DNA of 64,000 bases from Eledone cirrhosa (Eukaryota), in NCBI GenBank assembly GCA_964016885.1, contig OZ024743.1:24118001-24182000 (forward strand). The letters run 5' to 3'. Numbering within the stretch: position 1 is the stretch's first letter; every line of letters starts with the position of its first letter. The notes under the pieces are model-generated. The model had not been told where the DNA came from. It saw only the letters and a list, made by a program, of their open reading frames with translations, and did no database searches. Positions 39,693 to 54,061 of this stretch are shown in pieces. The position numbers were made by a program, and so were the translations under genes.

Positions 39693-39813
39693 AGTAGTGT
39701 TGATCATATATTTTTTAATTTTTAATTTCTAAATTGTAATGCAATGCTCAGAAGTATTTTTCTTAGAGCTTAATATTTGTAAATGACTACTAAACTGAAA
39801 TATATATATATAT

Positions 39814-40405
39814 ATATGAATAAAGTTAGTCCTTCATCAGTGATCTTCCAACCATCATTGGTATTTCATCGCTTTAAAGACCATATACCTCCGGTTGGTG
39901 CGAGAAACGGCTAAAAAAAGTCGTTGGGACACGTAAATAAAGGGGACACGAGGGTAAACAAACAAAAATGGTGAAACAACGAAAAGTGAGGATTTTTTTC
40001 TCTCTCTCGTCTACGATTTCACAGAACTTACGTTCACCGAAATCACAGACTAGATCCCTTCTTCCTCTCGTTAGACCTGTACGGAATTCCTTCCTTGCTT
40101 ACATTCCAACCAGGTTTGATGGTCTTTATTCTCTCTCGTTCACGATTTCACCGAATTTAAATTCATAAAAATTTGGGACTTGACTCCTTCTTCCTCACTT
40201 TTCGTTGCTTCATCATTTTTGTTTGTTTACCCTCGTGTCCCCTTTATTTACGTGTCCCAACGACTTTTTTTAGCCGTTGCTCGCACCAACCGGAGGTATA
40301 TGGTCTTTAAAGCGATGAAATATCAATGATGGTTGGAAGATCATTGATGAAGGACTAACTTTACTCATATGTAATCCATTAGCAACCCCGCAGCACGTTT
40401 TTCTC

Positions 40406-40408
<3 letters not shown>
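39814..40408. repeat. Fold-back element (~180 bp arms, ~200 bp spacer) between (TA)n tracts
   Basis: 39814-39992 is inverted at 40192-40369; arms homologous to 50330-50500. Confidence 0.8.
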
Positions 40409-40481
<73 letters not shown>

Positions 40482-40490
<9 letters not shown>

Positions 40491-40880
40491 TAAAAGGAAA
40501 AGAAAATGCTGACAAATTTTTCCCAGTTAAAAATAGTTTAATTAGGAAGAAGTATAAATTAGTAATAAGTATTGGTTAGTATTCAGTTTTAGTTTTAAGT
40601 TTTTACCGGTTGCGCATTTCTAATGCTTTTCAAAAATAACTTTGAGATAGAGCGCCCGTGATGTTTGCTCTAATCTGCTCTAATCAGATTAGAGCAAACA
40701 TCACGGGCGCTCTATCTCAAAGTTATTTTTGAAAAGCATTAGAAATGCGCAACCGGTAAAAACTTAAAACTAAAACTGAATACTAACCAATACTTATTAC
40801 TAATTTATACTTCTTCCTAATTAAACTATTTTTAACTGGGAAAAATTTGTCAGCATTTTCTTTTCCTTTTACTAATATAT
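40482..40880. repeat. Apparently perfect ~400 bp palindrome (196 bp arms, 7 nt loop)
   Basis: GCTCTAATCTG-CTCTAAT-CAGATTAGAGC centre; between (TA)n tracts. Confidence 0.9.
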
Positions 40881-40918
40881 CACAACTCGTGTGTTACACC
40901 TCTATTCTTTTAAATATA

Positions 40919-41042
<124 letters not shown>

Positions 41043-41699
41043 CATACATACGTATATGTGTGTGTTTGTGTGCTTGTGTTTATGTAAGAGGAACCATATC
41101 GAAGCAGAAAAGAGAGGTAATGAGAAAGTGAAATACTAATTAAGGAAGAAACCGAATGGTAACACAAAGAAAGAAGGGTTGAATAGTTTTCTAGATATAC
41201 CATGATAAAGAAAAAACAAAAACATGTCGGAGAAAAAACAAAAACATGTCGGGAACAGCTATGGTAGCTAGAGGGAAAGCAAGAGGAGGGTTAGTGAGAA
41301 GCGGGTTTCGTAGGTACGTAAGGAGTTCAGAATCTAAGTTTCATCAAATTGCGCGTTGTCACGCCAATCCCTTTGATAAGTGGGTCTGTGTCCGACGACA
41401 TAATGTATGTCGTAAGTGTCTCTTCTGTTTGTCATGGTAAGTGCCTTTCTAGAACTATTAATGAGAATAGTTTTACTTTATCACTCATGGTGCCACGGAG
41501 TCAAAGATATCATAATTTCTTGTCTCCTTTTCATATCTCTTGGTCTTCTCTGTCTCCGTATGTCTGTACATTTCACATTATTTATTACGTCTATGTGAGA
41601 TTCAGTTGCGCGCGCATGTCTGTGTGTGTGTGTGTACATACACACACAGACACACATACGCGCATACACAAATACAATATTACACACACACACACACAC

Positions 41700-41762
<63 letters not shown>

Positions 41763-42238
41763 AAAGAGTAAGCCCATAGAATCATTAGATAAAATATATA
41801 CAGTATTTCTTCTCCAAATCAGCATAAATCAACCACACAAAAAAATCACTTAAACGAGGCTATAAGTTTAAAATGTACTTATGAAGAAATAATAGATAAA
41901 TGATACAGCTTCTTCTCCGCGACTTATAGCTAGAAAACATTTACCTAGTATTTCTGATAGCCAGCAGAAACTGACTAGACATATAGTTAACCATACATAA
42001 TTAGGTACAAAATCAAAGTTAGAACAAAAAATGTACATAAACCTTACGAAAATCATAAAAATAGCTCTACCCCCGGCGGTTTCATTCCACTTTTGGATAT
42101 ATCCGATCTTGGATATATATACACACACACATTTCTTATCTGAAACCGTGTTTGGAAACAGATTATTATACTTTGGGAGAGTCATGCTGCTAATAAGAAC
42201 ACACGCACCTGTTGGTTTTCACTTCAATTTATTATAAA

Positions 42239-45220
42239 CTAGCAGAAGTACCCGGCGTTGCCCGGGTGTAAGTCGACCTTTGCTCTGTTGTTAAAATGTG
42301 TGAAAGTTACTTCCCGCGCAACACAGGTGCAAAAACCTTCGAACCTCAAGGAAAAAAACAGAGGTTAGTAGACGCAGGTGTGTAATTGAGCATAAATAAT
42401 GGATCAATTGTGAGTTCACAGTGTATCGTTGAAATTGTTCTTTGCACGACTGACGGAAGTCAAATTCAGTTGAAATTGGATTTTCAGTTTATTTTTAAAG
42501 CAGGGTGAAAAAGTCGATTTTTTCACAGTTTTTTTTTTTACAATTTTCGCGCTCACATGTGCAGAAGAAGAAATAAAAGGGACTTTATCTGAACCGCGGC
42601 ATAATGGCGAGTCTTTTGCGACAGTTTGCAAGAAAATCGGACGTTCCTGTAAAAAGTTTTCTCATGTGCAACTTTGCCTTGTTTTTTGCGCAAAGTCGAA
42701 CCCCGCTTCAGTTTTACTGATTTTTACATGAATGCGTGACCTCTGAAGTAGATTTGAGTAGCTAAAAACCTGTCCCGGTAAATTTGCTATAGGTGAAAAA
42801 GAGTTGATCAAAATTGTGTCTAGGGTTATTGCCCTTTGCAACAGCCTCAACGTGTCTTCAAATATGGTTTGTTAATTTGTTGTGGAACTAAATCGACTTT
42901 CGTCAAATCGGACCGAGGAAGCAATGTTTCCATTTGTCTTTCTAGCTGGTGTACCCGGTTACACTCGGGGTTATAAGGCGCTGGATTTAAACGGGTCTGC
43001 GCTAAATTCCAGCAGGATGCTTTAACCGAAATAAATGAAGAACAAACGTTTCTTTTTGTGCTCCAATCTGTGATATTGGTATTTTGAAAATATAGTCCAT
43101 AAACATCCATGGAGCATGTGTAACGCATGTATCAGGTTATGAGAAAAAGGGTTTTCGATTCTCCATTCATAAGATACCAAAAAATTGCACGCAAATAAAC
43201 CGGGATTTTAAGGCACTGCCCAATTCATAGCTGAAAGGTAAGAATCAAGTGGAATAATGTTTTGCGACATTGTAAAATGTACAACCATACAAAAGCAAAG
43301 GATATAGCCATTGAAATACAACCCCACCAAAGAATTTGGTGGGGATGTATATCAGAGGATTGTTTTCCTTGCGATCCGCATCTAGCCTACAAAGTGAAGT
43401 TAGATGATTGTAGTCGGTGTTGTATCAATAACAAGTAAAAGCATACGGAAGACTGACCACTTACGAATTAAGTGAAAATCACGTTGATATTCCTATCGGA
43501 GCAACATGTGCCGAAAAACCTGACGGACTGTTGTGTCAATATTGAAATCGTAGAAATTGCGAATCCTGACCTCTAAGATGTAATGGATAGGCCTTGGCTG
43601 TGAAGAGGAAGAATTGGTACAATTGTTTTGCTGAACATGTTGACCATTAATTTAATTAGACTTACGCAGCATCATCGTGCGGTTTTGTTGTTTATGGCCT
43701 AGAATGAGGGCCGGTTAAACGCAGCAGAAAAATAAGCCATGCTGATGATGTTTAGGGGCGTCGCAGGGAATAGATGCGGCATGGTGAGTCAATTGTGAGG
43801 ACAGTGGAAAGCACGCTGATCGCTTGAGAAGACGCGATGCTACACAGGATGCTTCTAGGCCATAATTGACAGAAAGGCATGTCAGGAGAAATTAAAGAGT
43901 TGCTATTCATCCTTTGCTTAGCATGATGAACATGTAATTAAAAAGATTTACCATGGACTGTCGTGCACGTTGGTATTGTGTTTAACCTTGCGAAAATCGG
44001 TGGTCAAATGGGGCAACAATAAGCCATGCTGATGACGTTTAAGCGGGTGGCAAGGAATTGATGCGGCATAGATAGCCATGAGAGACTTGAAGGAGCACGG
44101 TCGTCAGGAAAAAGAAAGGGCCGAGAAGGGGTTGGTGGCTGACAGTGCATGGATGCGGCATCCTGATCATGACGATCCAGTGGGACGACGGCCAGCAGGC
44201 AAGGAAGAGGGCATGGGTGGACTGTGGCAAGGATGCCGCATGGTGAGCCATGGCAGTCTTGAAGGAGCACTGCGGGCGGGCAAAAGAAAGGGCCGAGGAG
44301 GGGATGGCGGCTGACAGAGCATTGATACGGCATGGTGATGCATGACGATGCAGTGGGACAACGGCGTGCAGGGAACGGAGAGGGCAGGGGTTGACGGTGG
44401 CAGGGATGCGACTTGGTCCCTCAAGACTGCGATGCCTAGGCAGTGGAAAGGGTCGGGGAGTGGATGGCGGCTGACAGGGCAGGGATGCAACATGATGAGG
44501 CATGACGAGAAGGCAGGGTGCATGGCGGCTGACAGGGTATGGATGCGGCATGCCAATTGAGTTGCACCTCGGGAATGTAGAGAGCACCGGGAGGCACGAT
44601 GATTGTTTGAGAAAACCGGGTGCAAGGCAGGATGTTTATCGGCCATACATGATCGGTAGGCTTTGGAGGAGAAAGGGATGAATTTTTGTTTAATTTTGTT
44701 AAATATGGTCAAAATGAATGTAAAAAGACTTACACAGGATCGTCTTCATGTTCGGTGCTGTCCTTGGTCTGAGATAATGGGCGGTTATGTGCGGCGCAGG
44801 AATAAACCAGGCTGATGACATTTGAGCAAGTTGCTGACAGGGCAGGAATGCCGCATGGTGAGCCATGGCAGTCGTGAGTGACCAAGGCGTGCGGGCAAGA
44901 GAGAGGGCAGGGGTTGACGGTGGCAGGGATGCGGCTTGGTTAGGCATGGCAGTCTTGAAGGAGCACGGCGGGCAGGCAAAATAAAGGGCTGAGGAGGGGA
45001 TGGCGGCTGACAGATCATGGATGCGGCATGGTGAGGCATAACGATGCAGTGGGTTGACGGCGTGCAGGGAAGGGAGATGGCCGGGATTGACGGTTGCAAG
45101 GATTCCAATCTACGGGTCGAGTTTTATATATGTCAAGTTTCATGAAAATCGGATGAACGGTGTAGACTGAAAGTTCGGGACACCAAACAAACAACACCCA
45201 ACTTCACTTTATATATAAGA
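42239..45220 (-). mobile_element. Complete non-autonomous Helitron (~2980 bp)
   Basis: 5' A|TCTTATATATAAAG at 45220; 3' ACCCGG-GCAACG-CCGGGT hairpin then ACTTCTG-CTAG|T at 42239; A/T insertion site, no TSD seen. Confidence 0.8.
44020..45100. repeat. GC-rich diverged tandem repeat inside the Helitron
   Basis: GATGCGGCATGGTGAG, GGCAGTCTTGAAGGAGCAC, GGATGGCGGCTGACAG and GGGGTTGACGGTGGCAGGG blocks recur with ~150-190 bp period. Confidence 0.75.
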
Positions 45221-46177
45221 TTTCCGGTTGGCTGGTTGGTTGGTTCGATAACCGGATGCTTGTTTATATATTGTCAAAGCTCTTTCCTCACACATCCTGT
45301 GACCTCCTCAGTGACTGGGTTTTTATTTTGTGTCTCCCCTTTGTTCTGTCCCCCCACCCCATATATATATATATACATTAAGAATGGTTTTTCAAAGGGG
45401 ATCGGAAAGAAACCATATATATGTATATTAATAAAGAGATCTGGAGGCGAAACGAACAAAAACATATATTTTTTGTGTCAGCTTTCTCCCGGAGATAAGA
45501 TTTAAAGCATCAGTGTGGTAACATATTTTTACTTCCAGTTTGTCCAATGTATGAACGTAGAGTGTGAACGTGGTGGTGGTATGGTGCAGGTGTGTGCGTG
45601 TCTTTGGAAGTGGAGGGGTGGTGGTGATACAGGCGACTGTGTGCTTGTACATACATAAATTAGGTAAAAACAGCTCCATTTTTAGAGAATTGCCAATTAC
45701 TTACAGACTCGTACATGTTTCTTCTGTTGTGAAATTAATCTCATTTTCTTATCATGTGTTCTCAAATAGTAGTTCCATAATCGTGATTAACTTTGAAATA
45801 TTATAATATATTACTTAAAATTAATTTTAATACGCATTATCATATCAGGATACACAATTACAGTCAAGATAATTGACAGTAAATTAATCGGTAACGTCCC
45901 GATAAGGCAAAGCTGATTAACCAGTCAATTTTCTTATCAGTTCATCTCTGGCGTGCGCACGAATACACATACACGCTGCACACACACACACATACACATA
46001 CCCACACACACACACACACACACACATACATGTATACATATATATGGTTATGGATATACATATATATATATAAATGCACACAAATATATTTGTATATATA
46101 TATATATATATATATATAAAGTATTGAGTACTCTGGTGCGTTATGGTCCATCTGGTTTCTTACCACACTTCCTTCGT

Positions 46178-46224
<47 letters not shown>

Positions 46225-46387
46225 GTGTATGTGCGTGCGTGTGTGTGTATGTGTTCGTTGTACATGTGTAAAGGAATGCGTGAATGCGTATATTTTAAGA
46301 TTAATATCTTCATGTATATCAGGTAATAAAAGATAGGGGACAATGAAATTTGTGTACTAAATAAATGCTTCTATATGTTCAGCCTCC

Positions 46388-46440
<53 letters not shown>

Positions 46441-46520
46441 TTGTTAGTACAGATTAATGTTTAAGCAAAGAATTTCTGCATTCACCCTATACGAGATCTG
46501 CACTTATACTTATACATATG

Positions 46521-46569
<49 letters not shown>

Positions 46570-47501
46570 TGTGTGTGTGTGTGTGTGCGTGCGTATGTGC
46601 GTTTGTGTGTGTATGTTCGCATGTGCTTGTATATCTGCATGTGTATATCTATGTATATGTTTTAAGCTGGAATATTTTTATTAATAGCTGTAGATCGTTG
46701 CTTTTGTTTCATATCGAAATAATGATCTGCCACCATCTCTGAGCCCCCACTGCACCATTCCAACTTCAGACAAGAAAACAACCAAACAAGAAACAAGAAA
46801 CAAGAAACAAGAAACATAAAAAAGGCTAAATAAACAATGAAAATAGATAAACAAACATCATAAAATACTCTAAAATACGCAAGAATCATCTCACCATATA
46901 CCTTAAGAGGAAACAAACAAAAAGAAAACAATATTAAGAATAAGAAAGAATCTAAACGCAAAGAGAGAAAAGTAAAATAGCAACGAAGAAAGAGAAAACG
47001 AAATACATACAAAAAAGCCATCAAACACAACAAAAGAAAACTAGGGAAAACAAAAACGCATAGCGTTAAAGGAAACCCGAAACAATGAAATATATTCTTC
47101 TTCAATTTCCGTTGTTTTTTTCTTGTTATTGTTCCCCACCCCGTTGTTTTTAGACATGGTCATTCTATTCCTTTTGTCTTTTTTTGCTCTGTCTTACTAT
47201 GTTTCGCCATCATTTTTAATTTCTCGGCCTGCCTGAGACAATTGCATATTTCATTTCATAATGATGCTTAGTCGTCACTTTGAAATGTCAATGGAAGGGA
47301 TTATAATGTTTGACTCAAGACAATTCTCGCGCTGCACATCTCATATATTTCGCAAACGACAACACCATTTCCTTTTACTAACTAGCAATGGAGACGACAC
47401 GACTGCCGTACTGCTGCCACATTGGAGAGTCAACCGGAAGTGTGAGATTTTATTATTTGTTAGATATATATCCGCTTGCCAATGACGTCTTCTCAGGTTG
47501 T

Positions 47502-47632
<131 letters not shown>

Positions 47633-47722
47633 ATATATATATATGTATAAATATGTATATATATGTATATATATATATGTATATATATATATATGTATAT
47701 ATGTATATATGCATATATATAT

Positions 47723-47772
<50 letters not shown>

Positions 47773-47881
47773 ATATATATAAGTGTGTGTGTGTATGTGT
47801 ACATATATACATGTATATATGTGCATGTCCCCGTATGCATTTGTGTGTGAATACATATGTACACATACAAACACACAAACA

Positions 47882-47926
<45 letters not shown>

Positions 47927-48393
47927 GTACATATATATATATATGTACATATTTTATGTCTGTTTTGCTAGATGATACTTTATGTAAATCTGTAGAAGAG
48001 GATTTGAGGTTGCGATGTTTGTAGTAGTTGTAATGTTGTTGACCTCGTCGTTGTTATGGTTGTTAGTAGTAGTGGTAGTGGTATTCGTTGGGGAAGCTTC
48101 CGTGGGCGATGGGAGAGGCGCTGGCGTTTTGGTTTGATAAAGAAAAGATGGTCTGAAACTAAGAAAGAAAGAAAGATAAATAGAGATAATGATGAGAGAC
48201 AGAAAGGGAGAATGAGGCACAAAGAGATAGTGAAAGTGAGAAAGGGAGAGATGGGAGAGAGAGAGAGAAGGGGGGGGGGGTGAGAGGGAGAGGGGGGGGG
48301 GGTGTGGCAGAGTATTTAGAATGATTTGAAGAATGAGTGCACTTTAAGGAGTTGGAGATATAGAGTGATTGATAGATAGATAAATATACAGAT

Positions 48394-48445
<52 letters not shown>

Positions 48446-48469
48446 CGAAATAAATAGATAGATAAATAG

Positions 48470-48545
<76 letters not shown>

Positions 48546-49042
48546 ATTGGTAGGCTTTGAAATCAAAGAAGAAGAATTACAATATTATGCCAATGATCCT
48601 TTGCTGCCTACTGCAAAACGCGGTAAATCGTAACTCCTATTATCAATTTATTGAACCGATGAGGCCGAGAAAGTCTTCAAATGAAAATAATGGATTTAAC
48701 AATGATATTGTTCTAAACTAAATACGAAGGACTAATAAGAAAGTTCGAACAATCTCTAATAAAAAATAATAAATTGGAACACTGTCGTGCTTTAAATATA
48801 GCATGTTTGAAAGAAAGGGGAGATAGATAGATGATAGATAGATGATAGATAGATAGAGGGGGAGAGAGGTGGGGAAGGAGAGAGAGAAAAGAGAAAGAGA
48901 CAGTGATAAGGAACTCAGGAACAAGACGGCTTGGGTGTTGAATAACGTGCTGCATGCAAGATGGCGGAAAGCGTTAATTGTGAAACATTATCATGGTTTA
49001 TGACTGTCAGTGTTTGTGTTGAGATCTGGGAGGAAGTGTTTG

Positions 49043-49244
<202 letters not shown>

Positions 49245-49267
49245 ATATATATATATATATATATGTA

Positions 49268-49406
<139 letters not shown>

Positions 49407-49446
49407 TTCAAAATATTAATAAATGAAGACTTTCACATAATCAAAA

Positions 49447-49517
49447 TATGTTTTATTATATATATTTTGGAGGTACTGTGCTGTTTTTTTCAGTACGTCC
49501 TCATCAGATAAAATATA
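49447..49517 (-). ncRNA. Degenerate type I minimal hammerhead (GAAA to AAAA)
   Basis: Minus strand TTTTAT-CTGATGA-GGACGTACTG..CAGTACCTCC-AAAA-TATATATA-ATAAAA. Confidence 0.6.
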
Positions 49518-49556
49518 TAGATTGATGTATGACATATCTCAACTGTCTTGATGGTT

Positions 49557-49607
<51 letters not shown>

Positions 49608-49632
49608 TGTAATAAACAACATAAGACAATTA

Positions 49633-49705
49633 TTCCATTTACCAAAGGTTTCACGAAGACAGACGAGCTCGACACAGACGTCTGAAATCGTTCATCAGAA
49701 TGAAT
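49633..49705 (-). ncRNA. Type I hammerhead ribozyme, intact core
   Basis: Minus strand TTCATT-CTGATGA-ACGA..TCGT-GAAA-CCTTTG-GTA-AATGGA: stem I 6 bp, stem II ACGA/TCGT, stem III ACC/GGT, GUA site. Confidence 0.75.
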
Positions 49706-49807
49706 TTTATGTATAAAATTCATTCTGATGTTCTTTATTACATAACTAAATAGCTCTGTAGCCTACATAGAACACTCTCCTTTCCTATACTTTTGCTACG
49801 GAAACAC

Positions 49808-49939
<132 letters not shown>

Positions 49940-50265
49940 GGATAACAATAAATCGTTATATGTAATCCGAAAAAAGTCTGTGAAAACTATTTATCCTGGA
50001 CAGTTTAAGCGTACGGTAGTGTGACTGAACAAGAGGTTTACTTCGGTGACGATTTTATGACTTCGCTTGTGTTCCTATGTAAACATATCTTGAAGCAATA
50101 AAAGAGTATTTGTCTCCGATAAAATGATTGAATTTAGATGTATTGTAGATTGAGTTATACTTTCTCCAGTATTTAGCAATTTATAGACATTTCTATCATT
50201 GAAACAATTGTAAGACTGTAAATAAATATCCTTATTTTGTACTGTCAACCATGTTATTCTACACT

Positions 50266-50320
<55 letters not shown>

Positions 50321-50327
<7 letters not shown>

Positions 50328-50890
50328 GAGAAGAAAGAAGAATTCTGCGTAGTTGCACATAGGTTACATATGATAAAAATAGTCCTTCGTCAGTGATTTT
50401 CCAACCATCATTGATATTTCATCGCATTAAAAATCAGATACCTCAGGTTTGTGCGAGCAATAACTAAATCGCGTAAAGCGAGGGGGACAAGTGAACAACA
50501 TAGAAGGATAAAAGCAAACCAAAGAAAGGAAATAAACAAGCAACATGGTAGTCCTGGTCAGCATAAACTGGGTGGATTTCATGAGCGAAAGGTACAGACA
50601 CGTCCAGCGTGAGTGGGATGTAAGCAAGAAGAGACCCACTGTTAGCCAAACGGGAGGAAGTGAGAAGGGGAAAAACAGAGAGTGAGTGAGTGGAAGTGCG
50701 AGGAAGCGGTCAGTCGAGAGAAAGTGTAACTGACAGAGGGGGCGAAAGAAGGTGAGAGAAACAGAGAGAACGGGGAAGCAGTAAGAGAGAAACAGACAAA
50801 CGCAGCCGAGGTGAATATATATAAAAAACATGAGAAGAAAGAAGAATACTGCGTGGTTGCACATAGGTTACATATGATAAAAATAGTCCT
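50321..50890 (-). mobile_element. 570 bp element with 66 bp terminal direct repeats in (TA)n (pLTR/retrozyme-like)
   Basis: 50321-50386 repeated at 50825-50890 (2 mismatches); (TA)n on both sides. Confidence 0.65.
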
Positions 50891-50962
50891 ATATATATAT
50901 ATATATATATAGAAAAGGCTTCTACAGGACTAGAACTGTTTCATTCGGGAGAAATCATCAGA

Positions 50963-51011
50963 GCTTCCTGATGATTTCTCCAGAATGAAACAGTTCTAGT
51001 CCTGTAGAAGC
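50963..51011 (+). ncRNA. Type I hammerhead ribozyme within fold-back element 50907-51105
   Basis: GCTTC-CTGATGA-TTTCTCCAGAAT-GAAA-CAGTTCTAGTCCT-GTA-GAAGC: stem I GCTTC/GAAGC, stem III ACAG/CTGT; weak stem II with a U-U closing pair. Confidence 0.7.
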
Positions 51012-51434
51012 CTTTTCTATATTAAATATTTATACTCTACTTTGTATTGAGTACCTTACTTACTGTGGTTACCCCCGATTGAACCCGGGATAAAATTATA
51101 TATATATATATAGTATGGTGGAGATGTTGGTGGTTGTAGCTCAGATTAAATACATTCTAGCCGTGACCATCCATATTTTTTCTGGGTGGGGACATTATTT
51201 AACGAATCCTCTTTGAAGACAGTGGAGTGTGATTTGAGGGGGATTTGGCTACTATTTCTAGCAGGTTGTGTGAGCATGTAAAGACCTTCCGTTGATGGTA
51301 TTTATGGCATTTGTAATGTTAGTATTGTTGTTATAGTTAAGGGTCAAATTAAGCTTGTATGAAGGTCCCCGGCTGAAAATCTCGACGAGATCTTTGCATG
51401 AATCTGATTTGAATACATATTATTTATTCTTTCG

Positions 51435-51715
51435 TTCTTTCTTCTTCTTAGGCCACTGGGCAGGCCGTAGGAGCAGAGTTCTCAAGCATGCCTTCCAGCG
51501 GTTTATGTTAGAAGCAACTGTCTCCAATTGATCCTGCTGGATCCCCAAGCAACAGCCGCCGAGTTTATGGATGTTATCCAACCATCTTACTTGGAGTCTA
51601 CTCCTGGGTCTCCTGCCGATTGATTTTGCCCGTAATATCTGTCCAGCGATTATTTCCTGAGATATTCTAACCATATGTCCGTAACATGGGAGTTATAATC
51701 TCTAACCCGAGACCC
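51435..51715 (-). mobile_element. RTE-clade LINE 3' fragment
   Basis: GHMVRI..IGRRPRSRLQVRWLDNI..LG..VASNINRWK resembles the RTE ORF C-terminus; AAGAAG tail. Confidence 0.7.
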
Positions 51716-52150
51716 CAGAGAGGGTCCCGAAGGGAGCAAACCGTGACAATTGATAACTTATGGTAACAAAACTTTGGAGCACCTTAAATATTGTGGGCTG
51801 TGCGCTTCAACCCAGTCAGCTCTTGATCTACCGCTACCTGACAGCGCTAATTGAACAGAACTTTTATCAGAGACAATCCATATCTCATAGTCTACCTGTC
51901 TTCAGTTAGCTCACCCAGGATTAAAGGCGCTTCAACCATGACCATATGTCTTGTTTTCAAACATAGTGTATATCTAGGCATTGCTTGTTGGAATACCCCT
52001 GGTTGAGAAAACCTATGATTAAAGCAATTTCTGCCATGACCATCCAGTCTATTTATACACCAGGGATTAAATTGTCAGATGCATTCTTTCTTTTTACAAG
52101 ATCACAGGTTGTCGTGGCTGCTATTTCTAGCAGGTTAAGCAATTACTCGC

Positions 52151-53800
52151 GGTGATGGTGGTGATGGTGGTGATGGTGGTGATGGTAATGGTGGTGATGG
52201 TGGTGATGGTAGTGATGGTAGTGATGGTGGTGATGGTGGTGATGGTGATGGTGGTAATTGTGGTGATGGTGGTGATGGTAGTGATGGTGGTGATGGTGGT
52301 GATGGTGATGGTGGTAATGGTGGTGATGGTGGTGATGGTAGTGATGGTGGTGATGGTGGTAATGGTGGTGATGATGGTGATGGTGGTGATAGTGGTGATG
52401 ATGGTGATAATGGTGATGGTGGTGATGGTGGTGATGGTGGTGATTGTGGTGATGATGATGGTGTTGATGGTGATGATGGTGATGGTGGTGATGGTGATGA
52501 TGGTGATGGTGGTGATTGTGGTGATGATGATGGTGGTGATGGTGGTGATGATGGTGATTGTGGTGATTGTGGTGATTGTGGTGATGGTGGTGATTGTGGT
52601 GATGGTGGTGATGGTAGTGATGGTGGTGATGGTGGTGATGGTGGTGATGGTGGTGATGATGGTGATGGTGGTGATGGTAGTGATGGTGGTGATGGTGGTG
52701 ATGGTGGTGATGGTGGTGATGATGGTGATGGTGGTGATTGTGGTGATTGTGGTGATGGTGGTGATGGTGGTGATGGTGGTGATGGTGGTGATTGTGGTGA
52801 TTGTGGTGATGGTGGTGATGGTGGTGATGGTGGTGATGGTGGTGATTGTGGTGATGGTGGTGATGGTGGTGATGGTGGTGATGGTGGTGATGGTGGTGAT
52901 TGTGGTGATGGTGGTGATGGTGGTGATGGTGGTGATGGTGGTGATGGTGGTGATGGTGGTGATGGTGGTGATGGTGACAGTGGTGATGATGGTGATGGTG
53001 GTGATGATGTTGATGGTGTTGATGGTGGTGATTGTGGTGATGGTGGTGATGGTGGTGATGGTGGTGATGGTGGTGATGGTGGTGATGGTGGTGATGGTGG
53101 TGATGGTGGTGATGGTGGTGATGGTGGTGATGGTGGTGATGGTGGTGATGGTGGTAATGGTGGTGATGGTGGTGATGGTGATGGTGGTGATGGTGGTGAT
53201 GGTGGTGATGATGGTGATGGTGGTGGTGATGGTGGTGATGGTGGTGATGATGGTGATGGTGGTGGTGGTGATGGTGGTGATGGTGGTGATGGTGATGGTG
53301 GTGATGGTGGTGATGGAGGTGATGGTGGTGATGGTGATGGTGGTGATGGTGGTGATGGTGGTGATGGTGGTGATGGTGGTGGTGGTGATGGTGGTGATGG
53401 TGGTGATGGTGGTGATGGTGATGGTGGTGATGGTGGTGATGGTGGTGATGATGGTGATGGTGGTGGTGGTGATGGTGGTGATGGTGGTGATGATGGTGAT
53501 GGTGGTGGTGGTGATGGTGGTGATGGTGGTGATGGTGATGGTGGTGATGGTGGTGATGGTGGTGATGGTGGTGATGGTGATGGTGGTGATGGTGGTGATG
53601 GTGGTGATGATGGTGATGGTGGTGGTGGTGATGGTGGTGATGGTGGTGATGGTGATGGTGGTGATGGTGGTGATGGTGGTGATGGTGGTGATGGTGGTGA
53701 TGGTGGTGATGGTGATGATGATGGTGATGGTGGTGATGGTGGTGATGATGGTGATGGTGGTGATGGTGGTGATGGTGGTGATGGTGGTGATGGTGACAGT
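52151..53800. repeat. (GGTGATGGT)n-type satellite
   Basis: Direct reading. Confidence 0.95.
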
Positions 53801-53849
53801 GGCAGTGGTAGTTTCTAATTACAGCTACGAATATTTACTACCATAATAA

Positions 53850-54030
53850 TGTCAACAACATCAACAACAACAACAACGCCGACGACAACAACAACAACAA
53901 TAGTAGCTGCAACAGAAAGACCACCACCACGAGCACCACCACCACCACCACGACCACCACCACGACCACCACCACAACCACCACCACCACGACGACGACG
54001 ACGACCACCACCACCACCACTACCACCACC

Positions 54031-54061
<31 letters not shown>

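Noticed and set aside
43730-44830. Three GCTGATGA motifs inside the Helitron
   Set aside because: No correctly placed GAAA or stems; part of the internal repeat
48653-48680. TTGAA-CCGATGA-GGCC-GAGAAA-GTC-TTCAA
   Set aside because: Core altered and stems II/III too short; could be chance
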